A DNA stretch of 64,000 nt from Patescibacteria group bacterium (GTDB lineage Bacteria > Patescibacteriota > Patescibacteriia > Buchananbacterales > UBA6539), in the NCBI GenBank assembly GCA_041662625.1, contig JBAZSB010000001.1, positions 310,467 through 374,466 on the forward strand, in the 5' to 3' direction. Made by a program: the position numbers and the translations under genes. The notes below the pieces were generated by a model, which searched no databases, had not been told where the DNA came from, and saw only the letters and a list, made by a program, of their open reading frames with translations. Below are positions 1 to 9,657 of this stretch, one piece after another; the first letter of the stretch is position 1; each line of letters starts with the position of its first letter.

Positions 1-127
1 AAACCGCAATTAAAACTGCTAAGCAGATATTAATTTTTTGAACATCAATTTTCATGGCTGGAAAAAATTTTCTGCTTGGTCTAATTCTTTGATTTGTTTT
101 TTTAGAGAGATGAAAAAATTTGGACAT
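1..127 (-). CDS. partial (runs off window) membrane protein, probable FtsL-like cell division protein
   Basis: Open frame from ATG at 127: MSKFFHLSKKTNQRIRPSRKFFPAMKIDVQKINICLAVLIAV..., basic N-terminus then a hydrophobic segment; lies directly downstream of rsmH where ftsL normally is. Confidence 0.55.
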   Translation of the reverse strand, partial: MSKFFHLSKKTNQRIRPSRKFFPAMKIDVQKINICLAVLIAV

Positions 128-170
128 ATTTTTGTTTTTGTTTTTATTTATTTTAAGAGTTGATTGGAAA

Positions 171-1106
171 TTAAATTTTTTCGGCTAATCTTAATTTGGC
201 ACTGCGCGCCCTCGGATTAACCGCCACTTCCTCTTCGCTTGGGACAAGCGGTTTTCTGGTAATAATCTTTAAAGTCTTTTGGTGTTTACATCCGCAGATT
301 GGCAGCTGGGGCGGACAAATACAATCGCGACTTTCCTGCTTGAAAAATCCTTTAACAATTTTATCTTCAAGCGAATGAAAACTGATTACCGCTATTCGAC
401 CACCGGTTTTAAGCCGTCCGACTGCCTGGGGTAAAACTTGTTTTAAATTTTCAATTTCCTCATTAACACTCATCCGCAAAGCTTGAAAAATTTTGGTTGC
501 GGGGTTAACTTTTGATTTTCCCCGATAATATTTTTTGTAAACTGCGGCAACAATTTCAACTAATTGGTTTGGTGAATTGATTGATTCAATCCGCCGCATC
601 TCAACTATTTTTTTGGCAATCGGCCAGGCTAAATGTTCTTCACCAAAATTTTTAAATATCTCTGATAATTCTTTTTGACTATAGGTATTTAGAATTTTTT
701 CTGCTGTTAAGTCTGTTTGCTGTCCGAATCGCATGTCGAGTCTGCCTTCGGCCAGAAAACTGAAGCCTCTCTGGTGATCCTGAAGCTGACCACTGGATAA
801 GCCAAGGTCAAGTAGGATACCATCAATTTTATCAAATTTGTATACATCGGCGATTTTGTTTAAGTTTCGAAAGTTATCTTGGACTAAAATTAGATTTTTA
901 GAATTTTTTGTTGTTTCTTTGGTGGCTTGGATTGCCAATGGATCTAAATCAATGCCTAATAATTTTCCTTGCGGGCTGATTCTTTCCAGAATTGCCGAAG
1001 CATGACCACCACCGCCCAAAGTACAATCAATGAAATTATCGCCCAACTGAGGATTAAGATAATGAAGCACTTCCTCAAGCATCACCGGCTGATGAAAAAA
1101 AGTCAT
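171..1106 (-). CDS. rsmH: 16S rRNA m4C1402 methyltransferase RsmH
   Basis: HQPVML, DCTLGGGGHA, DLGLSSGQL, FQALRMSVNEE, SFHSLED, NPRARSAKLR motifs; follows mraZ. Confidence 0.97.
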   Translation of the reverse strand: MTFFHQPVMLEEVLHYLNPQLGDNFIDCTLGGGGHASAILERISPQGKLLGIDLDPLAIQATKETTKNSKNLILVQDNFRNLNKIADVYKFDKIDGILLDLGLSSGQLQDHQRGFSFLAEGRLDMRFGQQTDLTAEKILNTYSQKELSEIFKNFGEEHLAWPIAKKIVEMRRIESINSPNQLVEIVAAVYKKYYRGKSKVNPATKIFQALRMSVNEEIENLKQVLPQAVGRLKTGGRIAVISFHSLEDKIVKGFFKQESRDCICPPQLPICGCKHQKTLKIITRKPLVPSEEEVAVNPRARSAKLRLAEKI

Positions 1107-1124
1107 AAATTTTAAGGTAAGGAG

Positions 1125-1556
1125 TTAGACTCCTAGTTCACCCAAAGCCTCAGCAATATCACTGCTCTTGTTTTCTGTCCCCTGTTTATATTTATTCCAC
1201 TTGGTTTCATCCCAAATTTCTAAACGGTTGTATAAACCAGTAATTACTACTTTCTTTTTCATCCCGGCATACTTTCGCAGATAATCAGGAACGAGTAACC
1301 GGCCTTGTTTGTCGATTTCCACATCCATGGCACCAGCCAGCATTAGGCGGGCAAAAGCCCTGGCATTAGCCTTGGCAATAGGTAAACCTGCCAATTTTGG
1401 TGCCAGCTTACCCCATTCTTCTTTGGTATATAAAGAAAGACAGTCGTCTAAACCTTTTGTGACTACTGCCCCTTTGGTTAAAATCGCCCGAAACTTGGCG
1501 GGTACAGCCAAGCGGCCCTTTTGATCAATATTGTGTTGGTATTCACCGATAAACAT
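1125..1556 (-). CDS. mraZ: transcriptional regulator MraZ
   Basis: MFIGEYQHNIDQKGRLAVP and second DKQGR repeat; start moved to ATG 1556 (143 aa). Confidence 0.96.
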   Translation of the reverse strand: MFIGEYQHNIDQKGRLAVPAKFRAILTKGAVVTKGLDDCLSLYTKEEWGKLAPKLAGLPIAKANARAFARLMLAGAMDVEIDKQGRLLVPDYLRKYAGMKKKVVITGLYNRLEIWDETKWNKYKQGTENKSSDIAEALGELGV

Positions 1557-1585
1557 ATTTTGACTTTTGTGTCTTAATTTAGACT

Positions 1586-1767
1586 TTATCCACAATCGAT
1601 TTATCTTATCCCCACTTTTATCCACCTTTCACCACTCTATTATCATTTTACACCACCTAAGCACCCCTGTCAACCACTTCACAACTTAACAAAAAAATGA
1701 CATATTTTGCTATTTTTTAAATAAAATTTGACGATCTTGTCAATTCACAGCTGTAATATGTGGATAA
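1586..1767. promoter_or_regulatory. two perfect DnaA boxes flanking the mraZ promoter
   Basis: TTATCCACA at 1586-1594 and TGTGGATAA at 1759-1767. Confidence 0.5.
1612..1677 (-). promoter_or_regulatory. mraZ promoter with putative MraZ-binding GTGG repeats
   Basis: Minus strand TTGACA (1668-1673)-17 nt-TAAAAT (1645-1650); GTGG at 10-nt spacing (CCAC on + at 1612, 1622, 1632; also 1653, 1674). Confidence 0.75.
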
Positions 1768-1972
1768 ATCAAAATCACCCTCCGGATTTAGAAAAAATTA
1801 AGCTAAAAATATACCTGCCATCACTTCCCTACTTCATCTTGGGATAATCAACTGCTAACTCATAATTTTTATCTAAATAAGATTGACAACACACTATAAT
1901 TCTGTTAATTGTTAATGAGAGGAAAGAAGTCATTTGGTAGGTCAACAAGGTTTACAATTGGAGGGATGCGAC

Positions 1973-3238
1973 ATGGCAACGATAGTAAAGAAATTCGGCG
2001 GATCGTCGCTGACAACAGACGAGCAGGTAATGGCTGCCGCTCGGGCAATAGTTGCGGACCACCAACAACGAACAAGCGTAGTTGTTGTGGTCTCAGCTCG
2101 AGGAAAAACAACCAACCAAATCAGGGCTCGCATCAAGGGCTGTGGTGGTGACGGTACTTCGGAACGGGTACTCGCTTTTGGCGGCTTGGCCGGAGAACGC
2201 GAATCTGCGGCCTGCATGGCGGCGGCCATCGAGTCATTAGGAGTCCAAACCTTTTTGGCTGATGGCGCCGATATCGGCCTTGTGGCTACGGGTGAATTCG
2301 GCCGCGGCCAAGCCAAAACCGTCAGGAAGCCGGAAATCATCATCAAGGCATTGGAGGAAGGCAAGATTGTCGTTCTGGCGGGTTACACGGGTGTAACTAC
2401 AGACGGACGGACGATCGACTTAGGCCGCAGCGGAACTGATACCTTTGCTGTCGTTGTGGCAGCTGCCATCGGAGCAAAGGTTTGTCAGATCTACACTGAT
2501 GTGCCCGGATTCTTTGCGGTTGATCCCCGTCATGTTCCGGGTGCAAAACTGCTGCACCAAATCACTTTCCGGCAAGCACTGAAGTGGGCCAGCGCTGGCA
2601 TCGAAGTAGTCAAGAAGGAATCCTTGGCAGTCGCCGATGGACTTGGTATGCCAATCCAAGTTCTGCTCAGTCCAAGCTTTGACAGCCAACCGTGGCTCGA
2701 ACGCAGTCTTGATGTCCAAGCTGGAACTTGGATCTCGAAAGGGGCGACTTTGGAAGATATGCAGGGTGGTGACCTTGATCAAACGATCTTGGCAATTATC
2801 ACTGACCTCACCATCTTCAACCTCACTGATGTGCCCAATGAGCCAGGCTGGTCAGCCAAGATATTCGGCCTCTGCCGTGACCACAAAATCGTTGTGTTGG
2901 ACATCGCCCAAGGTTTGGCACCCAAGGGCAAAAAGGCGGCCATAACCTTTTGGGTCAAGGCAGAAACTGGCGATCAAACTGAACGAATTTTGAAAGAAGC
3001 CTCTTTGGGCTCAATCAAGATCGAAAGGCGCGACGACATTGGCTGCTTGAGAATTATCGATCCGAGGATGGAGAGAGAAAGCGGTTGGCTTGCCCGAATC
3101 GACGATACCCTAGCCGCCGCCAAGGTCAACATTGAAATCCACCCAACAGCCGGGGACGTCATCCTTTTGCTCATTGCTAAGGACAAGGTTGACGCGGCCG
3201 CTCAAGCGATCGCCAAAGAATTCGGCCTCTGCGCGTAG
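1973..3238 (+). CDS. aspartate kinase family protein with C-terminal ACT domains (divergent, GC-rich)
   Basis: KKFGGSSL, VVVVSARG, LGRSGTD, YTDVPG..DPR motifs; GGAGGG SD before ATG 1973. Confidence 0.85.
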   Translation: MATIVKKFGGSSLTTDEQVMAAARAIVADHQQRTSVVVVVSARGKTTNQIRARIKGCGGDGTSERVLAFGGLAGERESAACMAAAIESLGVQTFLADGADIGLVATGEFGRGQAKTVRKPEIIIKALEEGKIVVLAGYTGVTTDGRTIDLGRSGTDTFAVVVAAAIGAKVCQIYTDVPGFFAVDPRHVPGAKLLHQITFRQALKWASAGIEVVKKESLAVADGLGMPIQVLLSPSFDSQPWLERSLDVQAGTWISKGATLEDMQGGDLDQTILAIITDLTIFNLTDVPNEPGWSAKIFGLCRDHKIVVLDIAQGLAPKGKKAAITFWVKAETGDQTERILKEASLGSIKIERRDDIGCLRIIDPRMERESGWLARIDDTLAAAKVNIEIHPTAGDVILLLIAKDKVDAAAQAIAKEFGLCA

Positions 3239-3275
3239 CAAGGAGGAATCCGGAGGGATTGGAGGAATTACAACA

Positions 3276-3310
3276 AGGGTCCTGCGTGGTCAACGCAAGA
3301 CTCTTTTTTT
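3276..3310 (+). terminator. intrinsic terminator after aspartate kinase gene
   Basis: AGGGTCCTGCGT-GGTCA-ACGCAAGACTCT followed by T-run. Confidence 0.75.
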
Positions 3311-3329
3311 GAATGATTACTCTAAAATA

Positions 3330-3713
3330 TTAAATGAGACCTAACTTTTCTTTAATTTTTTTCACTAAATCATTTAAATCAGTATTGGCTTTGACTAAAT
3401 AATCATATTTCCCGATTGCTGAAGCCTGTTCAAAAGAACCCTGGTCAGCTAAATTGCTTAGAATAATCACCGGCAAATCTTGGGTCTCTGGATGAGTGGC
3501 AATTTCATTCAGGATAGTCAGCCCGTCAATATCAGGCAACAGAATATCTAGCAAAGCCAAATCAGGCTTATTTGTTTTTAAATAATTTAAAGCCTCCTGA
3601 CCCGTTTCTACTGCTTTAACTTTAAAGCCTACGTCAGTGAGTTTTTTATTCATTAAGTATAATAGATCCCTGTCATCTTCAACCAGTAAAATTGTTTTTG
3701 GCTCAACAGACAT
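3330..3713 (-). CDS. single-domain response regulator (receiver)
   Basis: ILLVEDD, LLDILLPDIDG, IILSNL, YLVKA. Confidence 0.92.
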   Translation of the reverse strand: MSVEPKTILLVEDDRDLLYLMNKKLTDVGFKVKAVETGQEALNYLKTNKPDLALLDILLPDIDGLTILNEIATHPETQDLPVIILSNLADQGSFEQASAIGKYDYLVKANTDLNDLVKKIKEKLGLI

Positions 3714-3725
3714 GGTAATTATAAG

Positions 3726-4139
3726 CTATTTAGAATGGCGCTTAGTGATATTTGGCTCTTTATCGTAAAATGGTTCAATAATTTTTCCGACTGATGCCTT
3801 TTTTATTTTTTTTTCAATTACTGCCACTAGTTGGCTTAAATTATGAAATTCATTCAGTTTAATCCCAACGATAGGAATACCTAAAGCCCAAGCCAAGGTA
3901 TTAGCTGTAGTAACACCAATACGCAAAGCGGTAAATGGGCCAGGACCAGAAACTACGGCAATACCATTAATAGCTTGTAGCTGGTAGCTTTTAGCTTTTA
4001 GGAGGTTGCCAATGGCTGATAATAGCTTTTCCGCTTGTTGGTATGGTGCCAAAAATTCTTTCTTCGCTATCAATTTGCCTGACTTGATTAAACCAACAAA
4101 GACTTGTTTTTGGTCAGCGGTATGAATAACTAAAATCAT
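3726..4139 (-). CDS. tsaB: tRNA threonylcarbamoyladenosine biosynthesis protein TsaB (short form)
   Basis: AVVSGPGPFTALRIGVTTANTLA motif; C-terminal IEPFY. Confidence 0.85.
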   Translation of the reverse strand: MILVIHTADQKQVFVGLIKSGKLIAKKEFLAPYQQAEKLLSAIGNLLKAKSYQLQAINGIAVVSGPGPFTALRIGVTTANTLAWALGIPIVGIKLNEFHNLSQLVAVIEKKIKKASVGKIIEPFYDKEPNITKRHSK

Positions 4140-4148
4140 AAACCTAAA

Positions 4149-4949
4149 TTAAAGATATTTTTTAAACCACTCAACTACAATCGGATTAATCTTCTTTTGA
4201 AATTTATTTCCCGGGTCATTTTTGCCTCGCCAGGTATGAGGCGCTCCTTTGATAATAACTAATTTTTTTGTTGACTTTAATAATTTATAAGCCAAGTAAG
4301 GATGGCTTAAAGCAACTGATTCATCTTTTGAACCATGGATAATCAAAATCGGGATTTTTATCTTTTTAATCCTTTCCGGTGTATTGTACTTTAACAACTC
4401 AAAATAATAGCCTACTTTTATTCTATATTTCTTACCCGTTCTTTTACTATATACGAAGAAATACCCTGTCTTTTTTGCTTCAGCCAATTGCTCTTTAGTA
4501 TTCTTTTCCAAATTGGTTTTCCCTGCTCCTCTAAAAACTACGCCGGCCAGATCAGCTAATACCGTTATCCTTTTGTCGATGGGCGCATAATGTAAAATTA
4601 ATTGCCCGCCTAGACTATGGCCAGCTAAACCAATCCTTTTTTTATCAACTAACTTATTATGAGATAGATAATCAACTGCCGTTTTTAAGTCACGCAAATA
4701 TTGGCTAAACATTATATCTTCTAATTTGCCGTAACTTTGCCCGGCGCCATTGCCAAAATCAAAGCGAAAAGCCAAAATTCCTTTTTTAGCAAGCAAGCTG
4801 GCCAAACTCTTCAGATGCATTTGCTCTTTATAACCTTTAAACCCGTGACAGATAATAACGGCTGGAAATGGCGGTTTACCTTTGGGGATATCAAAAATAC
4901 CAACTAACTTCTGCCCGACCTTACTTTTGAAAACGACTCTTTTTTGCAT
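4149..4949 (-). CDS. alpha/beta hydrolase
   Basis: CHGF, GHSLGG nucleophile elbow, IHGSKDESV, GAPH. Confidence 0.9.
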   Translation of the reverse strand: MQKRVVFKSKVGQKLVGIFDIPKGKPPFPAVIICHGFKGYKEQMHLKSLASLLAKKGILAFRFDFGNGAGQSYGKLEDIMFSQYLRDLKTAVDYLSHNKLVDKKRIGLAGHSLGGQLILHYAPIDKRITVLADLAGVVFRGAGKTNLEKNTKEQLAEAKKTGYFFVYSKRTGKKYRIKVGYYFELLKYNTPERIKKIKIPILIIHGSKDESVALSHPYLAYKLLKSTKKLVIIKGAPHTWRGKNDPGNKFQKKINPIVVEWFKKYL

Positions 4950-4955
4950 GATAAA

Positions 4956-5573
4956 TTAAGGATTATTGATTTTATCAACAATAGTAATTTTTCTGCCTTC
5001 CAAAATATCATACAAAAATCGATCCGTAATATCTTGACGATATTTAAACTCTTGTTGAGTCATCACCGTATAATTAATACTGTGGCCCCATTCTTTTTCA
5101 AAATCATGAACAATTTTATTTAATCTTTTCCGATTGATGGTGCCAACCAATAAAATATCAGTGGCAAAGCCATCCACCCCGACAAAAACTCCGGTCAAAA
5201 TAAAAAGCTTAACTTTAGCCATAACTTCAATTTTGCCGACAAAACTTCTTTCCAAGAGCAATTGGGCTTTTAGCAGCAGGGCTTTCAATTCAGGATAGAG
5301 AATAAAATCAGTGTTGGCCAAAAAATACTTTTTAGTGCCTTTAATTTTTTCTTTTTTCTTTTTCTGCTTATTTTTTCCCGTCTCTGAGTCAACCAATTGG
5401 ACTGTTTTCACGATGCCAATTTTTTCCAAATTATTAATTTCTCGTCTAACTGAGTTAAGCTGCGTTTTTAATTTCCTGGCTAATTCTCTCAAGTAGTAAG
5501 GTTGACTTGGATTATTCAAAAAAAGCCGCAAAAGGTTGACTCTGGTGGTTGAACCAAATAGTTGTTCAAGCAT
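4956..5573 (-). CDS. winged-helix DNA-binding protein with C-terminal nucleotidyltransferase-like domain
   Basis: LFGSTTRVNLL...YLRELARK...SVRREINNLEKIG HTH; TDILLVG and INYTVMTQQEF. Confidence 0.7.
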   Translation of the reverse strand: MLEQLFGSTTRVNLLRLFLNNPSQPYYLRELARKLKTQLNSVRREINNLEKIGIVKTVQLVDSETGKNKQKKKKEKIKGTKKYFLANTDFILYPELKALLLKAQLLLERSFVGKIEVMAKVKLFILTGVFVGVDGFATDILLVGTINRKRLNKIVHDFEKEWGHSINYTVMTQQEFKYRQDITDRFLYDILEGRKITIVDKINNP

Positions 5574-5654
5574 ATAAACTTAATTTAATTGGGATTTACT
5601 CTCCCGTCTCTTTATAGTATAATATAAACACTAATTCCTGACAAATGAATAGCG

Positions 5655-7946
5655 ATGGAATATTTAGAAAACAAAATTAACCAACTGATTGTCGAAAAAC
5701 CTGGTAAACAGACAAAATTCGTCCGGTCATTTGCTACCCGGCCAGTGAAACTATTGGGTGAAAAAATCGGCAAAATATTCGGGTTAATTGAAATTGAATC
5801 AAAAAATCCGAAAATACCGGAACTAATTGATTTAATTATTGAAGAAATAAAAAATAGCTATTACCGTCAAAAAGAACAAGTCTCAATAGAAAAACTACCG
5901 GATATTAGCAGTCGTTTTGAAACGGCTTTAAAAAAAACCAATTTAGCGATCACTGCCTTTTTGGAAAGTGAGCAAATCTCTTTGGACTTAAAAAAGGTCA
6001 ATATTATCATTGCTTTATCCTGCCAACAAGAACTCCATTTTACCTTAGTGGGTAATATCGGGGTAATTCTTTTTTATAATCTCTCTTTAGATAATTACCG
6101 AATAATCAATGTTTTAGAAAGTACTCATTCATTTAGTACCGAGCCCGATCCTTTAAAATTATTTTCACAGATCATCAGCGGCCGAATTAGACCTCACGAC
6201 ATTTTATTTATTACTACCGCTAACGTTTTTGATTATTTTTCTTTGGAAAGAATAAAAAATATTATTACTAAACAACCATCAATTGAAGGGGTTAATGAGC
6301 TAAAAAAACTGTTAGAAGAAATGGAAATTAAAGAAAATTTTGGTTCGCTGACCTTAGAATTAGAAAGAATTAACTTGCCAGTCAAAAGAGAAGCTGACGT
6401 TGATGATTTTGATTACCGCAAAGCTGCTTCGCAAGATTCGATTAAAGAATTAATCAGAACCGAAAAGGAAACTGAAAAACTTTTAACTCCCTCACTAATG
6501 CCAGAAATCAAAAAATATACTAGTTCCTTTAAAACTGCCTTCAATAATTACCTAGATAAAGTTAAAACAACAACTGTAACTTTTTATCAAAAAAGAAAGA
6601 TTACTCTCCCAAAAAATATTAGCCTACCACAGCAATTTAATTTAAAACCAAAAATTAAAAGCTTGAATAAAATTGGTGAAACGGCAAAAAAAGTCACTCA
6701 ACCAACAATAATTTCAACCCAAAAAATCTTCACTAATATTGCTAATCAACCAATTTGGAAAAAACTACTCCAAATTAGCCAAAGACTACTTGGTAATTTA
6801 TGGCTAAGGTTTAAAAAATTGCCTCGCTCAAGCCGGATTCTGCTGGTAGTCACAATTATTTTAGTAATTTTATTTTCCCAAAGTCTGATTTGGCTGGGAA
6901 TTAAAAATCGACGAGAACAAAAAGTTGAACAGTTCAACCAAACTATTGTTAATGTCGAAACCAAAAAAAATAATGCTGAATCGAGTTTAATTTATCGGGA
7001 TGAAAATCAGGCCCGGCAATTGTTAATCGAAGCAAAAAATCTGCTTAATGGTCTGGAGCCGTCAAGTAAGGCACAAAAAGAACAAATTACGCTTCTACTG
7101 GGCGGTATTGAGGAACAACTCCAAAAGCTGCGCCATTTGGTTGAAATTACTGATCCAATTCAAGTTGTTAATTTTCAAAATTTGGACAGCCAGGCTAAAA
7201 TTGCCCCTATACTTTTGGCCAGCCAAAAAAGTGTCTACACCCAAAATTATAATAATCAATCAATCTATAAAGCTAATTTGGATACTAGAGTTTTGGCGGC
7301 GATTTATTCACCAACGGCAAACACTGGCAATTTAAAGCTAGGGCTAGCAATTAATAATAATGAATTACTATTCTTTAATGAGGCTGGCGTAGCTTTTCAG
7401 CTAAACCCGCTTAATGAGGCAATCCAAAAAATCCCCCTGAATATCAATAGCAATGCCAACATTATTGATGTTACCACTTTTAATAATCGGATTTATTTGC
7501 TGGATGCTAGCGCTAACCAAATCTACCGCTATACGAAAACAAATGGGAGTTATGGTAATGGTACGAGTTGGATTACTGAACAAGGCCTTGATTTAGCTAG
7601 TGCCAAAGCCCTAACCATTGATGGCTCAATTTATATTCTCAAAGCCGATGGCCAAGTCATTAAACTGGAAAACGGTAAATCGGCTGAATGGCAAAATAAA
7701 GTTATTGATCCCCCGTTTAAATCGCCAACTAAAATTAAAACCACCGAGAGCTCCAAATATCTTTACATTTTAGATCCCCCGACTAAGCGATTGGTTGTTT
7801 TGGATAAAACGGGCAATTTGATTAATCAATATACTTCAAATAGTTTTGATGATTTGAAAGATTTTATTGTGGTGGAAAATCAAAAAGAAATCTATCTCCT
7901 TAATGGCAGCTCAATTTTTGGCATTCCTACCGAGCATTTGAAGTAA
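5655..7946 (+). CDS. membrane-anchored hypothetical protein (cytoplasmic N-domain, single TM, C-terminal beta-propeller-like domain)
   Basis: 763-aa ORF; TM ILLVVTIILVILFSQSLIWLG; NHL-like repeats (RIYLLD, SIYIL, YLYILD). Confidence 0.7.
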   Translation: MEYLENKINQLIVEKPGKQTKFVRSFATRPVKLLGEKIGKIFGLIEIESKNPKIPELIDLIIEEIKNSYYRQKEQVSIEKLPDISSRFETALKKTNLAITAFLESEQISLDLKKVNIIIALSCQQELHFTLVGNIGVILFYNLSLDNYRIINVLESTHSFSTEPDPLKLFSQIISGRIRPHDILFITTANVFDYFSLERIKNIITKQPSIEGVNELKKLLEEMEIKENFGSLTLELERINLPVKREADVDDFDYRKAASQDSIKELIRTEKETEKLLTPSLMPEIKKYTSSFKTAFNNYLDKVKTTTVTFYQKRKITLPKNISLPQQFNLKPKIKSLNKIGETAKKVTQPTIISTQKIFTNIANQPIWKKLLQISQRLLGNLWLRFKKLPRSSRILLVVTIILVILFSQSLIWLGIKNRREQKVEQFNQTIVNVETKKNNAESSLIYRDENQARQLLIEAKNLLNGLEPSSKAQKEQITLLLGGIEEQLQKLRHLVEITDPIQVVNFQNLDSQAKIAPILLASQKSVYTQNYNNQSIYKANLDTRVLAAIYSPTANTGNLKLGLAINNNELLFFNEAGVAFQLNPLNEAIQKIPLNINSNANIIDVTTFNNRIYLLDASANQIYRYTKTNGSYGNGTSWITEQGLDLASAKALTIDGSIYILKADGQVIKLENGKSAEWQNKVIDPPFKSPTKIKTTESSKYLYILDPPTKRLVVLDKTGNLINQYTSNSFDDLKDFIVVENQKEIYLLNGSSIFGIPTEHLK

Positions 7947-7953
7947 AATCAAT

Positions 7954-7998
7954 AAAAAAACAGAAGGTAAAACCTGAGTTGGACCTTCTGTTTTTTTT
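7954..7998. terminator. bidirectional terminator between convergent genes
   Basis: A-run-CAGAAGGT...ACCTTCTG-T-run. Confidence 0.75.
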
Positions 7999-8005
7999 AA
8001 ACTTC

Positions 8006-8428
8006 TTATTTTAAGGTAACTTTTGCACCAGCTTCTTCGAGTGTCTTTTTGATTTTTTCCGCTTCATCTTTCTTAATTCCTTCTTTAACTACCTTGGGTG
8101 CACCATCAACTAAATCTTTGGCTTCTTTTAAGCCCAATTCGATGACGCTGCGGACAGCTTTAATTACCCCGATTTTATTATCACCTGAAGCAGTCAATTC
8201 CACGGTGAACTCAGTTTTTTCTTCAACCGGAGCGGCAGAAGCAGCGGCAACTGCCATAACCGGGGCAGCAGCCGAAACGCCAAATTTATCTTCAAGGATT
8301 TTGACCAGCTCGGCCAAATCCAGAACCGACATTTTTTCAATCTCTTCAACTAAAGATTTAAATTTAGCCGGTACTTCTCCGCCAGAGGCGGATCCGCCTT
8401 GGGCGGAAACTTTTTTTTCTTCGGACAT
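8006..8428 (-). CDS. rplL: 50S ribosomal protein L7/L12
   Basis: [48 protein letters not shown]; start ATG 8428. Confidence 0.97.
   Translation of the reverse strand: MSEEKKVSAQGGSASGGEVPAKFKSLVEEIEKMSVLDLAELVKILEDKFGVSAAAPVMAVAAASAAPVEEKTEFTVELTASGDNKIGVIKAVRSVIELGLKEAKDLVDGAPKVVKEGIKKDEAEKIKKTLEEAGAKVTLK
8378..8407. repeat. 30-bp palindromic element in frame inside the rplL 5' end
   Basis: TCCGCCAGAGGCGGATCCGCCTTGGGCGGA, encodes [10 protein letters not shown]. Confidence 0.8.
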
Positions 8429-8467
8429 AATTATATTCTCCTTATATTTAGCTACGAACATTGGGCT

Positions 8468-8519
8468 TTGAACTTTGAACTTTATTTATTGTTCTCAGTT
8501 CTTAGTTCATGGTTCTAAG
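8468..8519. repeat. inverted heptamer tandem arrays between rplJ and rplL
   Basis: TTTGAAC-type repeats then GTTCTCA GTTCTTA GTTCATG GTTCTAA. Confidence 0.6.
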
Positions 8520-8524
8520 CTATA

Positions 8525-9052
8525 TTAATTATTTTTATTATCTTTAATAGCACTTAAAACGTAAACTAGATTTCTTAAATTGCCGGCCAAAACATTAATA
8601 AACCCTGAAACTGGCGCTTGAATTGACCCAACAACCTTGGCTAATAATTCATCGCGTGAAGGTAATTTAGCTAGTTCAATAATTTTTTCTTTCGCCACAA
8701 ATTTGCCTTCCAAAATTCCACCGATAGCTTGTAAAGCTTCGTGGCCTTTGCTGAAATTTTGAATAATGCGGGCCGGGGCCACTTCATCATCATAACCAAA
8801 AACAGTGGCGACTTCCTTGTCAAAACTCTTAGGATCAACCCCTTCTAAACCGGCATCCTTAAAAGCTTTTTTCATCAAGGTTTTTTTTGCCACTAAATAG
8901 CCGACGTTTTCCGCCCGGCACTTCTTTCTTAACTCTTCGACTTCTTTGACTTTGAGACCGTCAAAATTAACAAAAACTAAAGATTTAGCCTTTTTTAAAT
9001 CTTCGGTTAAAATTTTGATGATTTCTTCTTTTTGTTGTTTAGTCTTTGCCAT
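8525..9052 (-). CDS. rplJ: 50S ribosomal protein L10
   Basis: GLKVKEVEELRK, VAKKTL, LAKLPSRDELLAKVVG; upstream of rplL. Confidence 0.96.
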   Translation of the reverse strand: MAKTKQQKEEIIKILTEDLKKAKSLVFVNFDGLKVKEVEELRKKCRAENVGYLVAKKTLMKKAFKDAGLEGVDPKSFDKEVATVFGYDDEVAPARIIQNFSKGHEALQAIGGILEGKFVAKEKIIELAKLPSRDELLAKVVGSIQAPVSGFINVLAGNLRNLVYVLSAIKDNKNN

Positions 9053-9061
9053 AAAATATAA

Positions 9062-9137
9062 TACTAATCTACGAATTAATGCGAATGTTACTAATAGCCA
9101 TTCGTATCATTCGCATGAATTCGCATTTATTAGCATC
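9062..9137. repeat. imperfect palindromic intergenic repeat
   Basis: ACGAAT/GCGAAT units followed by ATTCGT/ATTCGC units. Confidence 0.55.
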
Positions 9138-9142
9138 GCCAT

Positions 9143-9260
9143 AAAAAAACTGTGGCTAAACCACAGACTTCATAAGACTAATGTCTTAAGTTATTTACCT
9201 GCGTAGGGCTGACTTTTGTCTAATTTGAGCAATTTCTTGCCCCCACGGTCTGCGGTTTAT
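9143..9260 (-). ncRNA. ribosomal protein L10 leader with terminator-like hairpin
   Basis: Minus strand GCAGACCGTGGGGGC...CCCTACGCAGG resembles the L10 leader core; CTGTGG-TTTAG-CCACAG-T run; promoter TTGACA (9299-9304)/TATACT (9277-9282) upstream; position 5' of rplJ. Confidence 0.7.
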
Positions 9261-9384
9261 TTAATTGGACTTTTTTAGTATAGCAAGCTACCAAAATTTG
9301 TCAAGAAAAAGAGAGGACAAACGCCAGACCGGCGCACTATCCTCTCGCTGGGTACTACGTGCGAAGAATGACTGATAGGCGAGA

Positions 9385-9657
9385 TTACGCCAATGCTGCC
9401 GACAATTGAGCCGGCACCTCTGGCTTGTGATTCTCCCACCTCTGTCCTTCGACCCGAAGGCAACTGTCGACAGGAAAGTCAACAAATTCATTGCCTCCGC
9501 ATTGCGGATCTCGTGGCGGGTCGCCGGGCTCGAGGACAAAACCTCGAAATCCATTACGGCCAAGTTTTGGCAGGCCGACGATTTGGATTCTCCTCTCGCT
9601 TCCATCTTGTTGGACAACTGCCACACTTCCGAGTGTCAATTCCGCTTCCGGTACCAT
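9385..9657 (-). CDS. small hypothetical protein (GC-rich cassette)
   Basis: 90 aa; AGGAGG SD; TTGACA (9741-9746)-17 nt-TAAATA promoter; terminator GAGAGGA...TCCTCTC-T5 at 9306-9346. Confidence 0.6.
   Translation of the reverse strand: MVPEAELTLGSVAVVQQDGSERRIQIVGLPKLGRNGFRGFVLEPGDPPRDPQCGGNEFVDFPVDSCLRVEGQRWENHKPEVPAQLSAALA

Noticed and set aside
1557-1625. N-terminal extension of MraZ in the ORF track
   Set aside because: Overlaps the operator repeats; the family begins at MFIGEY
1560-1900. Replication origin
   Set aside because: Only two DnaA boxes, no dnaA/dnaN adjacent, and skew cannot be assessed here
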